64,000 bases of DNA. It comes from Rhodothermales bacterium. Lineage in GTDB: Bacteria > Bacteroidota > Rhodothermia > Rhodothermales > Bin80. Each line of letters opens with the position of its first letter. Position 1 is the first letter of the stretch. The translations under genes and the position numbers were made by a program. The DNA is taken from assembly GCA_965208025.1 (NCBI GenBank), contig OZ242302.1:247485-311484 (forward strand), given 5' to 3'. The notes beneath the pieces are model-generated. The model saw only the letters and a program-made list of their open reading frames with translations. It was not told where the DNA came from and did no database searches. Positions 39,663-50,800 of the stretch are shown one piece after another.

Positions 39663-42600
39663 TTGGCGTTTGTTAAGTTGGTTTATCGAGTAAAGTTATC
39701 TCTACTTCTCCTGTCTTTTGTGCTGTTTACGGGTGCTACTATCCCCGTGACTGCACAGGATACTTCTTTGGATCTTATTGAATCCGAGTCAGGACGCAGT
39801 CTATATGAATTGAATGTAGAGTGGGGGAGTGATCAGCCGAATACAGGTGGTCTTTTGGAGGTGACTACGGTGCTCAGTCTCCCCACGTTGGTTCCGCCTG
39901 ATGTTCGGGTACTCAGTGCAGAATATGATGAATACCCTTTTGATCCAGTGGAGGGAATTGGCTCTGAGGCGGCCGCTGTTGTTGGACTTGGTCTATCTCG
40001 AAAACGGCCAGCCGGGACACTGGTTGTCCGTTTAGTCACGTATGATTCCACCTCATCAGAGTTGAGGAGATACAGACATATGCGCATTGAAGTGACCTAT
40101 CCCACGGTTCAGACTACGAATAAAGATTTCAACACATTTGACAATCCCCATCTGGATGTCAGCCGAAGTGTCCTTGCAAGTGGGAATTTTTTTAAGATCG
40201 CAATTAACGAAACTGGAATATACAGGATCGATCGTACCTTTCTTGAGTCGTTACCTGAATTGGAGGGATCTGCAAATAACATAGATCCACAAGAAATTAG
40301 AGTGTTTGGGAATGGAGGAGCACCTGTTCCAGCCCATAATAGTGCTCCTCGGATTGCAGATTTAGTAGAGAACCAAGTGTTTGTACAGGGAGGTGGGGAT
40401 GGTAGTTTTGATGAAGGCGATGCCGTATGGTTCGTTGGTAAGGGGCCAACTGGGTGGAAGAGTGAACAACTCACTGATTCAAGAGGGCGGCCTCTCCGAG
40501 ATGCATCAGGGGAAATCATTCGCGAATGGTCTCACTATGTACATCCATTTGATTCAACGAATTATTACTTCCTGGATATCGGAACTTCCGAGAGCCAAAC
40601 CTATGTTCAAGAGACGTATCCAAACCTTTCTTCCTCCGTCACTTTATCCGAAGTAGAGGGGCGTTATTTCCTGGATCTGGATGAGTTTTTATGGGGGCGG
40701 GAAGGAGGACACTCGGGCTATACTTGGGTGAGCACGCTGATTCCTGGTGCAGGACCAGGGCGTTCCGTATTTGAGGAATTATCACTTCCTGGACTCAATG
40801 GTGGTACAGTCAAGTACCACATTCGGGCAGCGATACAAAGTAATCCTGCCACAACGTTACATTATCGTGACGGTACGACCATACTTCACAGTGTAAACTA
40901 TGGAACCACTTTTAATTCTGTCACTTCATCAATTGCACGTTCAGGGATTGATGAATTTGAGCAGACTGTTGCCGCGGGGCAGACACTTAGCTTAATTGCT
41001 GATCTTGAAGACCAAGCCGGAGGCCCGCAGGCTGCACTTGACTGGGTCCGTATTTTCTATCCAAAGTTGTTGCGAGTAGGGGAAGAATTTCTTGAATTCA
41101 GTACGCCACTCGCACAGATTGGCTCGTTCACCTTTGTCCTACAAGGATTTGATTCTGCCCCCATCATTCTTGACGTGACAGAGCCTGGTGCGTATCGCTG
41201 GCTTGGTGTTCAGCCCCAAGGAGAAAATTATTTGATTCAGACCACGGTCACTTCTTCGGATCAACCGCGCGAATTTGTTGCATTCTCCCCAGATCAAATT
41301 CAATCCCTGAATGCTACGACTGCGTGCGGATCAGGCTGTAATCTATCATCTCAGAATCTCCATGGAATACAGTCTTGGCCTGATTTCGTGATCGTTACTC
41401 CAAACCAATTTATCCCTCAGGCCAGAGCGTTGGCCGACCGTAGACAATCCGAGGGATTAAGTGTGGAAGTGGTTGATATATCGCAGATTTACAATGAGTT
41501 TTCGGGTGGACAGCAAGATATTCGGGGGATTCGAGATTATTTGAAGTTCATTTATGACCGAAGCCCTGATGCAGATCGGTTATTGAAGTATGTTCTCTTT
41601 TTTGGGGATGGTCACTTTGATTACCGGAATCTGGATCCAACGGCGACCTTTCCGAATCTGATCCCTCCATACCAGACCGAGGAATCCTGGAATCCTGAAC
41701 GGTCATACACCACGGATGACTACTTTGGATTACTGGATGATAATGAAGGACGCTGGCCGTATGTGCAAGGTACCTTTTCTGGTATAAATGAGAATCTGAA
41801 TGAACGTGTAGATGTGGGAATTGGCCGCTTTACGGTACACACCGTGGAGGAGGCACAGTTGATGATTGACAAAATTGAACATTATGAGAGCCCAGCTACG
41901 TTTGGCCAATGGCGTAACCGTTATTTGTTCTTGGCCGATGATGGACCAACAGGGAGCACTGGATTACAGGATGATCGAGATTTACACACCCAAAATACGG
42001 ATGTAGTTGCCGTTGCGGTCGCCAACCTTGTTCCAGAGATCAATCAGCAGAAAATCTATGCTCTCTCCTATACACGGCAATTTTTGAATACTTGGCGAAT
42101 TCCCAAAGCGCGTCAGGATTTATTATCTTCAATTGAAGAAGGCACTTTGGTCGTGAACTATAGTGGTCATGGAGGGGAGCAAGCATTAGCGCAGGAAAAT
42201 CTGTTCAATGTGGATGACTCCCGCACACTACAGAATTATGATGCGCTCCCTGTATTCATCACTGCCACCTGTTCGTTTGGTAGATGGGATCTGGGGAATC
42301 TGCAAACAGGTGCGGAGGAGCTCCTGCTCAATTCAGCTGGGGGTGCCATCGCCCTTTTGACCACTGTACGAACCGTATACACATCGGGAGATGAAACCAG
42401 ACTCAATGTTGGATTGAATGTAGCCCTGAATCAGGAACTCTTCACCCGCGAACCTGATGACTTGCTCCCTCGTCTTGGGGATGCTTTGCGAAGGACAAAG
42501 AATCGACGGGTAGGCTATGAGGGGAATAATCGAAAATTCAACCTCCTGGGAGATCCAACTCTGCGTCTTGGACTTCCTGCCGACTACGTTGCCATTAAAA

Positions 42601-43676
42601 AGATCAACCAGGATGAAATTCAATCCACTACGGGCCGAATGCGTGCTCTGGAACGCGTGGAGTTGAAGGGGGAAATTCGTAAACGGGATGGTTCATTGGA
42701 TCCCTCCTTTGAGGGCTCTGTTTCGGTGGTGGTTTATGATGCAGCAAGGCAGGTGCCGATTCCTGAAGAGAAATTACGCTATATGCCACAGCCGTACTAT
42801 GAAGTGCGAGAGGATCTCATCTGGCGTGGGAGTACTCAGATCACGAATGGGGAGTTTACTGCTCGTTTCGTCGTTCCCAAGGATATCTCCTATGCAGACC
42901 GACCGGGAAAGATTGCCCTCTATGCACAAAGTGGGTCCGTCCACTTAAATGGCTATACCGATCGGTTCATTGTTGGTGGTACATCAAGCGATGTCGCCAA
43001 TGATGTCACTGGGCCTGAAATTGAACTGTATCTTGGAGATGAGAGCTTCACCAGTGGAGGTTTGGCCCCCTCCCAGCCCGACGTATTCGCCAGAATTTAT
43101 GATGAGAGCGGAATCAATACTGTGGGGGCGGGGATAGGCCATGAAATGTTACTTGTCATTGATGGGAACGAATTGGAAGCGATCAATATCGGCAACCTCT
43201 ATGAAAGCGACAAAGATTCTTATCAACAAGGATCCGTAGCCTACTCATTTGATGAAGATCTTTCACCAGGCCCCCATACACTCCGTCTTCGCGCGTGGGA
43301 TGTGGTCAATAACTCAGGTGAAGCTTCACTTGATTTTATTGTAACGGATACGGAGGAACTGGTCATACGGAATGTGTTCAATTACCCGAACCCAACATCT
43401 GGTCCGACGCAGTTTGTATTTGAACATAATCAACTGCCAGGTACACCGGTAAATGTGCGTGTTCGGGTCTATACTCTTGCAGGCACTCCGATCCGAACCT
43501 TGGATTCAGAGCAGTTGCTGCCAGCAGGCCCAATGCAAATTTCATGGGATGGACTTGACGATGATTATGCAAGACTTTCGCCTGGCGTGTATTTGTATAA
43601 GCTAAGGGCAGAAGTTATGGGTGCTGAGGCAAAGCAGGTCGCCGAGATCATTGAAAAAATGGCAGTAATTCGTTAG
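39663..43676 (+). CDS. porU: Type IX secretion system sortase PorU (peptidase C25 family)
   Basis: 1337 aa with signal peptide. A gingipain-like central region (YVLFFGDGHFDYRN, VNYSGHGG, FITATCSF carrying the His/Cys dyad context). Por-type C-terminal domain (NYPNPTSGPTQFVF...GVYLYKLRAEV). Immediately followed by porV. The start is TTG in the track and is uncertain by a few codons. Confidence 0.88.
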   Translation: MAFVKLVYRVKLSLLLLSFVLFTGATIPVTAQDTSLDLIESESGRSLYELNVEWGSDQPNTGGLLEVTTVLSLPTLVPPDVRVLSAEYDEYPFDPVEGIGSEAAAVVGLGLSRKRPAGTLVVRLVTYDSTSSELRRYRHMRIEVTYPTVQTTNKDFNTFDNPHLDVSRSVLASGNFFKIAINETGIYRIDRTFLESLPELEGSANNIDPQEIRVFGNGGAPVPAHNSAPRIADLVENQVFVQGGGDGSFDEGDAVWFVGKGPTGWKSEQLTDSRGRPLRDASGEIIREWSHYVHPFDSTNYYFLDIGTSESQTYVQETYPNLSSSVTLSEVEGRYFLDLDEFLWGREGGHSGYTWVSTLIPGAGPGRSVFEELSLPGLNGGTVKYHIRAAIQSNPATTLHYRDGTTILHSVNYGTTFNSVTSSIARSGIDEFEQTVAAGQTLSLIADLEDQAGGPQAALDWVRIFYPKLLRVGEEFLEFSTPLAQIGSFTFVLQGFDSAPIILDVTEPGAYRWLGVQPQGENYLIQTTVTSSDQPREFVAFSPDQIQSLNATTACGSGCNLSSQNLHGIQSWPDFVIVTPNQFIPQARALADRRQSEGLSVEVVDISQIYNEFSGGQQDIRGIRDYLKFIYDRSPDADRLLKYVLFFGDGHFDYRNLDPTATFPNLIPPYQTEESWNPERSYTTDDYFGLLDDNEGRWPYVQGTFSGINENLNERVDVGIGRFTVHTVEEAQLMIDKIEHYESPATFGQWRNRYLFLADDGPTGSTGLQDDRDLHTQNTDVVAVAVANLVPEINQQKIYALSYTRQFLNTWRIPKARQDLLSSIEEGTLVVNYSGHGGEQALAQENLFNVDDSRTLQNYDALPVFITATCSFGRWDLGNLQTGAEELLLNSAGGAIALLTTVRTVYTSGDETRLNVGLNVALNQELFTREPDDLLPRLGDALRRTKNRRVGYEGNNRKFNLLGDPTLRLGLPADYVAIKKINQDEIQSTTGRMRALERVELKGEIRKRDGSLDPSFEGSVSVVVYDAARQVPIPEEKLRYMPQPYYEVREDLIWRGSTQITNGEFTARFVVPKDISYADRPGKIALYAQSGSVHLNGYTDRFIVGGTSSDVANDVTGPEIELYLGDESFTSGGLAPSQPDVFARIYDESGINTVGAGIGHEMLLVIDGNELEAINIGNLYESDKDSYQQGSVAYSFDEDLSPGPHTLRLRAWDVVNNSGEASLDFIVTDTEELVIRNVFNYPNPTSGPTQFVFEHNQLPGTPVNVRVRVYTLAGTPIRTLDSEQLLPAGPMQISWDGLDDDYARLSPGVYLYKLRAEVMGAEAKQVAEIIEKMAVIR

Positions 43677-43721
43677 ACTTTTACTACATACAGACACTTC
43701 ACCAAATTTACAATTCACCGA

Positions 43722-44909
43722 ATGAAGGGCTTAATTTTCACATTCAGAATCAACTTCGCACTTCTTATCCTTTTTGCCAGCGGCGGCTTGGTGCAAACAT
43801 CAACAGCACAGACGGGCGCTGCGGCTGTGGTATTTCTTATGATTGAGCCGGATAGCCGAGCAGCCGGGATGGGGAATGCAGGCGTCGCAATCGCGGATAA
43901 TGCAAATGCCATATTTTGGAATCCAGCTGGTCTTGCAGACCAAGTGGGGACTGAACTGGCACTGACACACAGCAACTGGCTCCCCGAACTAACCCCTGAT
44001 CTCTTTTTTGAGTATCTGGTCGGAAAGTATCACATTGAAAATTGGGGAACGCTCGGAGGGCATATTACATTTCTGAACCTTGGGGAGCATGAGTATAGAG
44101 ATGAGCTGAATAATGATTTGGGGACATTCCGATCGTATGACCTCTCCGTCGGGGTTTCCTACGGATTTAAGGCAACAGATAATTTCTCGCTTGGCACCGG
44201 GGTTCGTTGGATCCGATCCAATCTTGCAAGTGTAGATGTTGGGGCGCAGGAATCTCAACCAGGCGTCTCTGTTGGAGTAGATATTGCTGCCATGTACAAA
44301 TTCCCACCCTTCTTGTTAGGTAGCATGATTGGGAATTATAGTCTGGGGCTTAACCTTGCGAATATGGGGCCAAAAATTCAGTACTCTGATAGCGAACAGG
44401 CAGATCCCATTCCTACAGTGATGCGTTTTGGTCAGGCTCTGACACTTGATTTTGACAGTTACAACAAGATTACACTTGCAACGGACGTTACAAAAATGCT
44501 TGTTCGTCAGCGTTCAACCGAGACCTGCATTGATGAAAATAATCCTGAGACCTGTATCACCGAATTTTCCTCTGATCCATTTTATCGTGCAATCTTCAGT
44601 GCATGGAGTCCGATTGAGATTCTCAGTTCAGCGGTCAACAGTGAGGAGCAGGAATTCCAAAACTTGACAGTTCTTGATCAGCTTCTTATTTCAACAGGGT
44701 TTGAATATTGGTACAATGACCTATTTGCGATTCGGGGAGGGTACTTCTATGAAAACCCCTACAATGGAAATCGTGAATTCTTAACATTCGGAGCTGGAAT
44801 CCGGTATAACATCGTAGGAGTTGATTTTTCCTATGTGGTTGCGCTCAAGGAGAACCATCCCCTTTCAGATACGATGCGTTTCTCACTCTTGCTGAACTTG
44901 GCACGATAA
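43722..44909 (+). CDS. porV: Type IX secretion system outer-membrane shuttle/channel protein PorV (LptO)
   Basis: 395 aa. AAVVFLMIEPDSRAAGMGNAGVAIADNANAIFWNPAGLA is the hallmark PorV N-terminal block. Beta-barrel pattern to the C-terminus. Confidence 0.9.
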   Translation: MKGLIFTFRINFALLILFASGGLVQTSTAQTGAAAVVFLMIEPDSRAAGMGNAGVAIADNANAIFWNPAGLADQVGTELALTHSNWLPELTPDLFFEYLVGKYHIENWGTLGGHITFLNLGEHEYRDELNNDLGTFRSYDLSVGVSYGFKATDNFSLGTGVRWIRSNLASVDVGAQESQPGVSVGVDIAAMYKFPPFLLGSMIGNYSLGLNLANMGPKIQYSDSEQADPIPTVMRFGQALTLDFDSYNKITLATDVTKMLVRQRSTETCIDENNPETCITEFSSDPFYRAIFSAWSPIEILSSAVNSEEQEFQNLTVLDQLLISTGFEYWYNDLFAIRGGYFYENPYNGNREFLTFGAGIRYNIVGVDFSYVVALKENHPLSDTMRFSLLLNLAR

Positions 44910-44934
44910 TTTGGAAGAGGGGCTTCAGTGCTGG

Positions 44935-47829
44935 ATGAGGAAATTTATTGTCGCACTGTTGTGCCTGCTCTGGTTGTACAATTCAAGTGCTCAGTCTGTA
45001 GAAAAAGCAGATGCCCACTACAATGTTGTAGCGCTTCGCGTGGAGTTTGCCCCAGACACTACTCGGTTTACAACGGGCAACGGAACGTTTGATGGATTAA
45101 CTTATCCTCTAATGAACCGGGTGGATCCGCTTCCTCATAATGCCTCTTATTTTCAAGCTCATCTAGACTTTCTCGAGCATTATGTAGCAACTGCCAGTGC
45201 AAATAGAACAGACATCTCTACATTTCTGATCCCTGAGATCATTCAGTTGGACCAGACCATGGCGAATTATAGTCCAATTGGGCCGAACTCTGGTAGTGAG
45301 GAAGAGCTCGCTAAGCTGGTCACATTTGTGCATGACTCATGGATGAAAGCCAATCAAGTCAGCACGTTCGATCCTAGTCAATTAGTGCAAGGAGAAACGG
45401 CTTTTCTGTTGTTTCATGCGGGAATTGGGCGTGATGTGGAACAGGTTGGCACCACGCTTACCAAAACTCCTCAAGATCTCCCATCAGTGTTCATTGATTC
45501 TGAGGGACTTTCACGATCAGGCTTTAGTGGATTACAATTCAAGGGGATCCCCGTAGATCATTCCATGATCCTGCCTCGGTCAGAAACTCGTGCAGGGGTT
45601 AATTCTATTACGGATGAGTCATTCCTGCTTGAATTATCTATTAATGGACTTATGGCGGCCAGTTTTATGAGCTATTTAGGGGTACCTGATTTGTTCAATA
45701 CAGAAACCGGAGCGTCTGCCATCGGTCCTTATGGGCTCATGGATCCTTTGGGGATATTTTCCTACGGTGGTTTATTCCCTCCACTTCCCAGCGCCTGGAC
45801 ACGTGTAGCACTCGGATGGGTAGAGCCCGAGAATATAACGAAGTCGGGCACCTATGACTTGGCTGTTGGAGAGGTTGCTAAGATTGAGATTTCGGAGGCG
45901 GAGTACTTCTTATTGGAGAATCGTGTGCGTGATCCCCATAATTCAGGACTCACGATGCAAATATGGAATGAGGGATCCACTCGTACTCAGATGATTCCAG
46001 AGGTTAGGGACGATTTTAGTCCGTTCAATATTGAAGGGTTTCAGGGTGGAGTCGTCACACAGGTGAATTCCTATGATTTTGCCCTTCCAGGCCGAGATTC
46101 GGATCAAAACCAATATAATGGGGGGATTTTGATCTGGCACATTGATGAGCGCCAATTTGCACGGACAGGAAATAATGATCCAACTCGGCTAGCAGTTGAC
46201 ATTGAGGAGGCGGATGGAGCGCAGGACATCGGCTTTGATGGAAATGTCGGCTCTCCATTTGATTTCTACTTTGAAGATAATCCATCTAGCGTGTTGCTAC
46301 CATCTGGCAGGACGGTTCCGCTCTATGTGAATCGGTTCGGTCCGAACACCAGCCCAAGCAGTTACGCGAATGGAGGAGGAAGTAGCTTTGTGACGATAGA
46401 TAATTTTTCTGGTACTGGGTTCGTCATGTCTTATTCGTTTCATAAAGATCAAGATGGCCCCATCACGGACCTTGGATCTGCTCTCCTCGGAATAGCCACC
46501 AATTCGGGAAGCAGTATCAGTTCGCTGGGGAATCACCTCGCAGTATTTACTGGAACTGAAGTCCTGATTCCTGACCTTGGACGTTTATCTTCCGTGGTAC
46601 GTCCAGCATTGGGTTCGGACAGACTTGCAACGATTGATATCACCTCAGTAGGAGATGTTGTTTTTCAAAGTTACAGGATTCGGGATGATGATCTGGAGCT
46701 TGCTGAATCCTTGGCGCTTCCGACTTTGCTTTCACCGAAAAGTCCTATCATGAATCACGATCAGGCATACTACGCTCTTTTTTCAAAGTCCGAACAATCG
46801 CAGGTCATTCGAATCCATTCCAACCAAATGGATACTTGGGATGTGAACGACGCAGGGCTGGGGCTAGTCGGGACCGATGCAGGTGTTTATGTCGTTGGAA
46901 AATCTAGTGTGCGGACGCTTGATGGAGGGGCAATCTGGACCTATCAACTTGATGGTGATACGGGAGATCCAGTTATGGGCAGAGACCGAACGGGGCTCTG
47001 GGGTGCAATTGCTACTGCTGATGAACTCATTATTTTTCAACCCGATGGATCTGTTCTGGAGATCTCTGTATCCTCCTATCTTGGAGAGTTGAAGTTCTCA
47101 AAAGCGCTGGCATTTTCAGATTTGAATCAGGATGGGGTACTGGATCTGCTTACCACAGCAGGAGATCAGCTCGTCGCTTTTTCTCAGGGAGGAGCTCTTC
47201 TTCCCCCATTCCCCCTAAAGGTTGGCTCCCCAACTCTCAGTACACCCATTGTATACGAATCGGATCAATCCATTAACGTAATTGTGGCGGCCACCGATGG
47301 CAATATATATGCCTTTGATCTGGCACAAAGTGGACGAAAACTTCCAGGGTTCCCACTATCCGCAGGCCATTCAGTGGAAGCAACCCCGCTCTTGTCAAGT
47401 GATCGTTTAAGCATTGTCACACAATCAGGGACACTTCAGAGCTATTTACTTCGTAACGTCACTCGCTCACTCTGGTCGGAACGGTTTGGTGGCCCTCAGA
47501 ACCGTAGTTTTGTGACACTTACCTCGGATACAAAAAAGAGCACTTCATTAATCAGTGAGACAGAAACCTATAATTGGCCGAATCCAATTCGGGAGGGAAC
47601 TACCTTTTTTCGATGCATGACGAGTGAACATTCAGAGGTGTCCATCACGGTGGTTGATGCAGCGGGATCACTCATTGATTCATTCAGCTTTACGACCTCT
47701 GCGGGGATTCCATACGAGACCCAATGGCAAACTGATGCTGTTAGCGGCATTTACTATGCAAGGGTGAAAGCCACCTCTATTTCAGGGGAGATTGATACTC
47801 ATCTTCTTAAGCTTGCGATTATACGATGA
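44935..47829 (+). CDS. T9SS cargo-type protein: M6 (immune-inhibitor-A)-like domain lacking HExxH + FG-GAP/beta-propeller-like region + Por C-terminal sorting domain
   Basis: Signal peptide from Met 44935 (MRKFIVALLCLLWLYNSSAQ). M6-like blocks LGVPDLFN, ILIWHIDE and DIEEADGAQDIG are present, but the expected HExxH position reads AASFMS. FSDLNQDGVLDLLT-type repeats. C-terminal NWPNPIREGTTFF...GIYYARVKA...LLKLAIIR is a Por_Secre_tail. Confidence 0.7.
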   Translation: MRKFIVALLCLLWLYNSSAQSVEKADAHYNVVALRVEFAPDTTRFTTGNGTFDGLTYPLMNRVDPLPHNASYFQAHLDFLEHYVATASANRTDISTFLIPEIIQLDQTMANYSPIGPNSGSEEELAKLVTFVHDSWMKANQVSTFDPSQLVQGETAFLLFHAGIGRDVEQVGTTLTKTPQDLPSVFIDSEGLSRSGFSGLQFKGIPVDHSMILPRSETRAGVNSITDESFLLELSINGLMAASFMSYLGVPDLFNTETGASAIGPYGLMDPLGIFSYGGLFPPLPSAWTRVALGWVEPENITKSGTYDLAVGEVAKIEISEAEYFLLENRVRDPHNSGLTMQIWNEGSTRTQMIPEVRDDFSPFNIEGFQGGVVTQVNSYDFALPGRDSDQNQYNGGILIWHIDERQFARTGNNDPTRLAVDIEEADGAQDIGFDGNVGSPFDFYFEDNPSSVLLPSGRTVPLYVNRFGPNTSPSSYANGGGSSFVTIDNFSGTGFVMSYSFHKDQDGPITDLGSALLGIATNSGSSISSLGNHLAVFTGTEVLIPDLGRLSSVVRPALGSDRLATIDITSVGDVVFQSYRIRDDDLELAESLALPTLLSPKSPIMNHDQAYYALFSKSEQSQVIRIHSNQMDTWDVNDAGLGLVGTDAGVYVVGKSSVRTLDGGAIWTYQLDGDTGDPVMGRDRTGLWGAIATADELIIFQPDGSVLEISVSSYLGELKFSKALAFSDLNQDGVLDLLTTAGDQLVAFSQGGALLPPFPLKVGSPTLSTPIVYESDQSINVIVAATDGNIYAFDLAQSGRKLPGFPLSAGHSVEATPLLSSDRLSIVTQSGTLQSYLLRNVTRSLWSERFGGPQNRSFVTLTSDTKKSTSLISETETYNWPNPIREGTTFFRCMTSEHSEVSITVVDAAGSLIDSFSFTTSAGIPYETQWQTDAVSGIYYARVKATSISGEIDTHLLKLAIIR

Positions 47830-50800
47830 AGTGGTTCGTTTGCACGGTACTCATTGGTGTGCTTGTGATCGGTGCACAGGCGCAGATCTCATCGAGTCAA
47901 CTAAACTTTACCCGACCCACTTTGGAATGGTATCGGATTGAGACCGAGCATTTTATTGTTCTGTTTCATGCGGATAAAGATGGTCGAGGATCCAGCCGAT
48001 CTGCGCAGGTCGCCGCACGCATTGCAGAAGAAGTTTATGGCCCAATTACTGAATTATATGGATATGAGCCCAATAGCAAAGTGCACATTGTGCTCAAAGA
48101 TTATGAAGATTATTCAAACGGGGCGGCCTTCTTTTTTGATAATAAAATTGAAATCTGGGCGCCCGCGCTCAATTCGCCCCTGCGGGGAGCGCATGATTGG
48201 ATGCGGAATGTAATTACCCACGAATTCACGCATATTGTACAGATCCAGGCGGCCATGAAATCCTCCCGATCCGTCCCATTCGGATACCTTCAAATACTAG
48301 ATTACGAGGATGTGCGCCGACCAGATGTTCTGTATGGATTTCCAAATGTCCTTGTTAGCTTTCCCATTGTCGGTCTGAGCAATCCGGCATGGTTTGCCGA
48401 GGGGACTGCTCAGTTTCAGCATGATCACCTGCATTATGATCAGTGGGACTCACATCGGGATATGTTGCTAAGGACTCAAGTCCTGGAACATAAGACACTA
48501 AGTCTGAGCGAATTGGGAAGTTTTTACTCCAAAAACAGTCTTATGCGTGAGGGAGTGTATAACCATGGATACGCATTCACACTCTATTTGGCAAACAAAT
48601 ATGGGATGGATGTTTTGTCTCAAATCAGTGATCATTTGGGTCGATGGGATACCTGGCGTGTAGAGAAAGCCATCCGGTCTGCCACGGGAGAGGATGCTGG
48701 TGAGATCTTTACTCAGTGGCTCAGTGAACTTGAGTCTTCGTACCAAGAGTCAACCGCGGCAATGAGCCTTTCATTCACTGAGGAGACGTTCATTGAATCC
48801 GATGGATATGCAAATTATTTCCCAAGGTTTTCTCCTGATCATTCAAAATTAGCTTATATCTCCAACAAAGGGGAGTACTATGGTCGGGTGAGTCTGTACA
48901 TCCGAGATTTAACGAATGATACAGTTATTGCACATGATTTAGGTACATTAGCGGAAGAGTATATCTGCTCTCTCGGTCATCGGATCAAGTCGGGGGTTAC
49001 TGGTGGTGCTGCATGGAGACCAGATGGGAATGCTCTGGCATATGCAAGGCAACGAACCACCCCTGAAGGATTTCTATATACAGATCTCCATCTGATTGAA
49101 CTTGACACTCACGCGTCAACCCGGCTCACGCATGATGCCCGAGCGTCACAGCCTGCCTGGGATTCAACGGGGACTCGAATTGCCTATGTTGCATCTGATG
49201 ACGGGACGAGTAATCTTTGGCTTCTTGATGTGAAGACAGGAGAGACGCAACCAATCACCCAATTCCAGAATGGTACTCAGATTACAGGCCCTGCATGGCA
49301 TGGTGAATGGATCTACTTTGCCCAACTGGATCCTGGTCGTCATGAAAACGATCTATGGCGCATAAAATCAGATGGCTCCGAATCAATACCCGTCTTGCAA
49401 ACGCCATCCGATGAGCGGTCCCCTATGGTCGCAGAGGGGGAATTGTACTTCTCTTCGGATGCAAGCGGGATTAATAATATCTACAAGATGGGGAGTGAGA
49501 TGCCCAAACAGTTGACTCAAGTGGTTGGCGGCGCATTCATGCCCGATGTCAGATCAGATGGCACCATTGCATATTCAACTTACAAGTGGGATGGATACAA
49601 AATTGTACTGCTTGAACATCCCAAGGAGTTGGAATCGACTATTTTGTATACCCCTCCGGAATTCCTCTCCAAGCCCATTCATGAGGATCATTCAACGAGT
49701 GACTCGGATATACAACCACTGAGTTCCGAAGAACTTTCTGAGGCTGTCGCCGAAGTTCAGACACTGGGGGTTGACTCGTTAGATATTTCGTCTTACGGAG
49801 CAGACTTTACGCGCTTCACTATTTCGCCAGTGATACGATTAGATCACTATGTTGAGCGGCGATTGGAAGGGCGGATTCAAGGTCGAGCGGAGACATTCTG
49901 GCGAAACCTCAAATTCGGTTCTTACTTCTCTTCGAGAGAGATCCTGGAAGGAATGAGTCTCTTCGGTGGACTACTTCTTAGCCCTGGATCCCATGATGAC
50001 GGTCAAATACTTGCTCCAGCCAATCTATTGGCATTGGAGCGTGATATATTTCTCCAGTTTGATTACTCAAAGGGATTTCGCTTTCTTCCAAGAAAATGGT
50101 CTCCTCAAGTTTCAATTCATCTGTTCAACATTCAACGAATGGTTGAGAGAGGTCTGTCTATTGAAGAGCATCCCTGCACTGCCTGTTTACCAGAGCCGAC
50201 CTATGCAGATTTGACCTATGGTCTATGGGAGGGCAATATCTACCTGCGTAGCAAGATCAATCGTAATTTGGCACTAGAAATTGGATACCGATATAGTCCT
50301 TACCGTGTGACCACCAATCGCTTTTATTCAAGTGAGTTGGCGGACTGGATTCCAAGTTCTTCATCTCGCTATTACATTGGTCGCAGCTATATGGCGAATG
50401 CCTATTTTGAAGTACAAGCTCCGCATCGTGAATCGGACATTCAGCGAACTGGTATTCAAATGGCCGCATCTTACTCACGAGAAATGGGCCGATTACTGGA
50501 TCGGTTTGATGTAAGGGATGGCCAGTTGGTTCCCGTTTACAATTCCAGTATTCTTCATCGGCTGCGGGTGAATCTGGATGGGGGAGTCCGATTACCAGGT
50601 CAGTTCGCAGGAACTTCGCATGCGCTGAGCTTCAGGGTGGAAGCATCCACCTTATTTGGTAAAAAGGATGATTCATTTTATTATGACTATATAGGGGGGC
50701 TCTCTGGAGCAAGAGGATATCCGTTTTACAGTCTTGGTGGAACCGAGACCTTGTGGCTTCAAACCTCCTGGACCTTTCCAATCCTCCCAGATATCAAGCG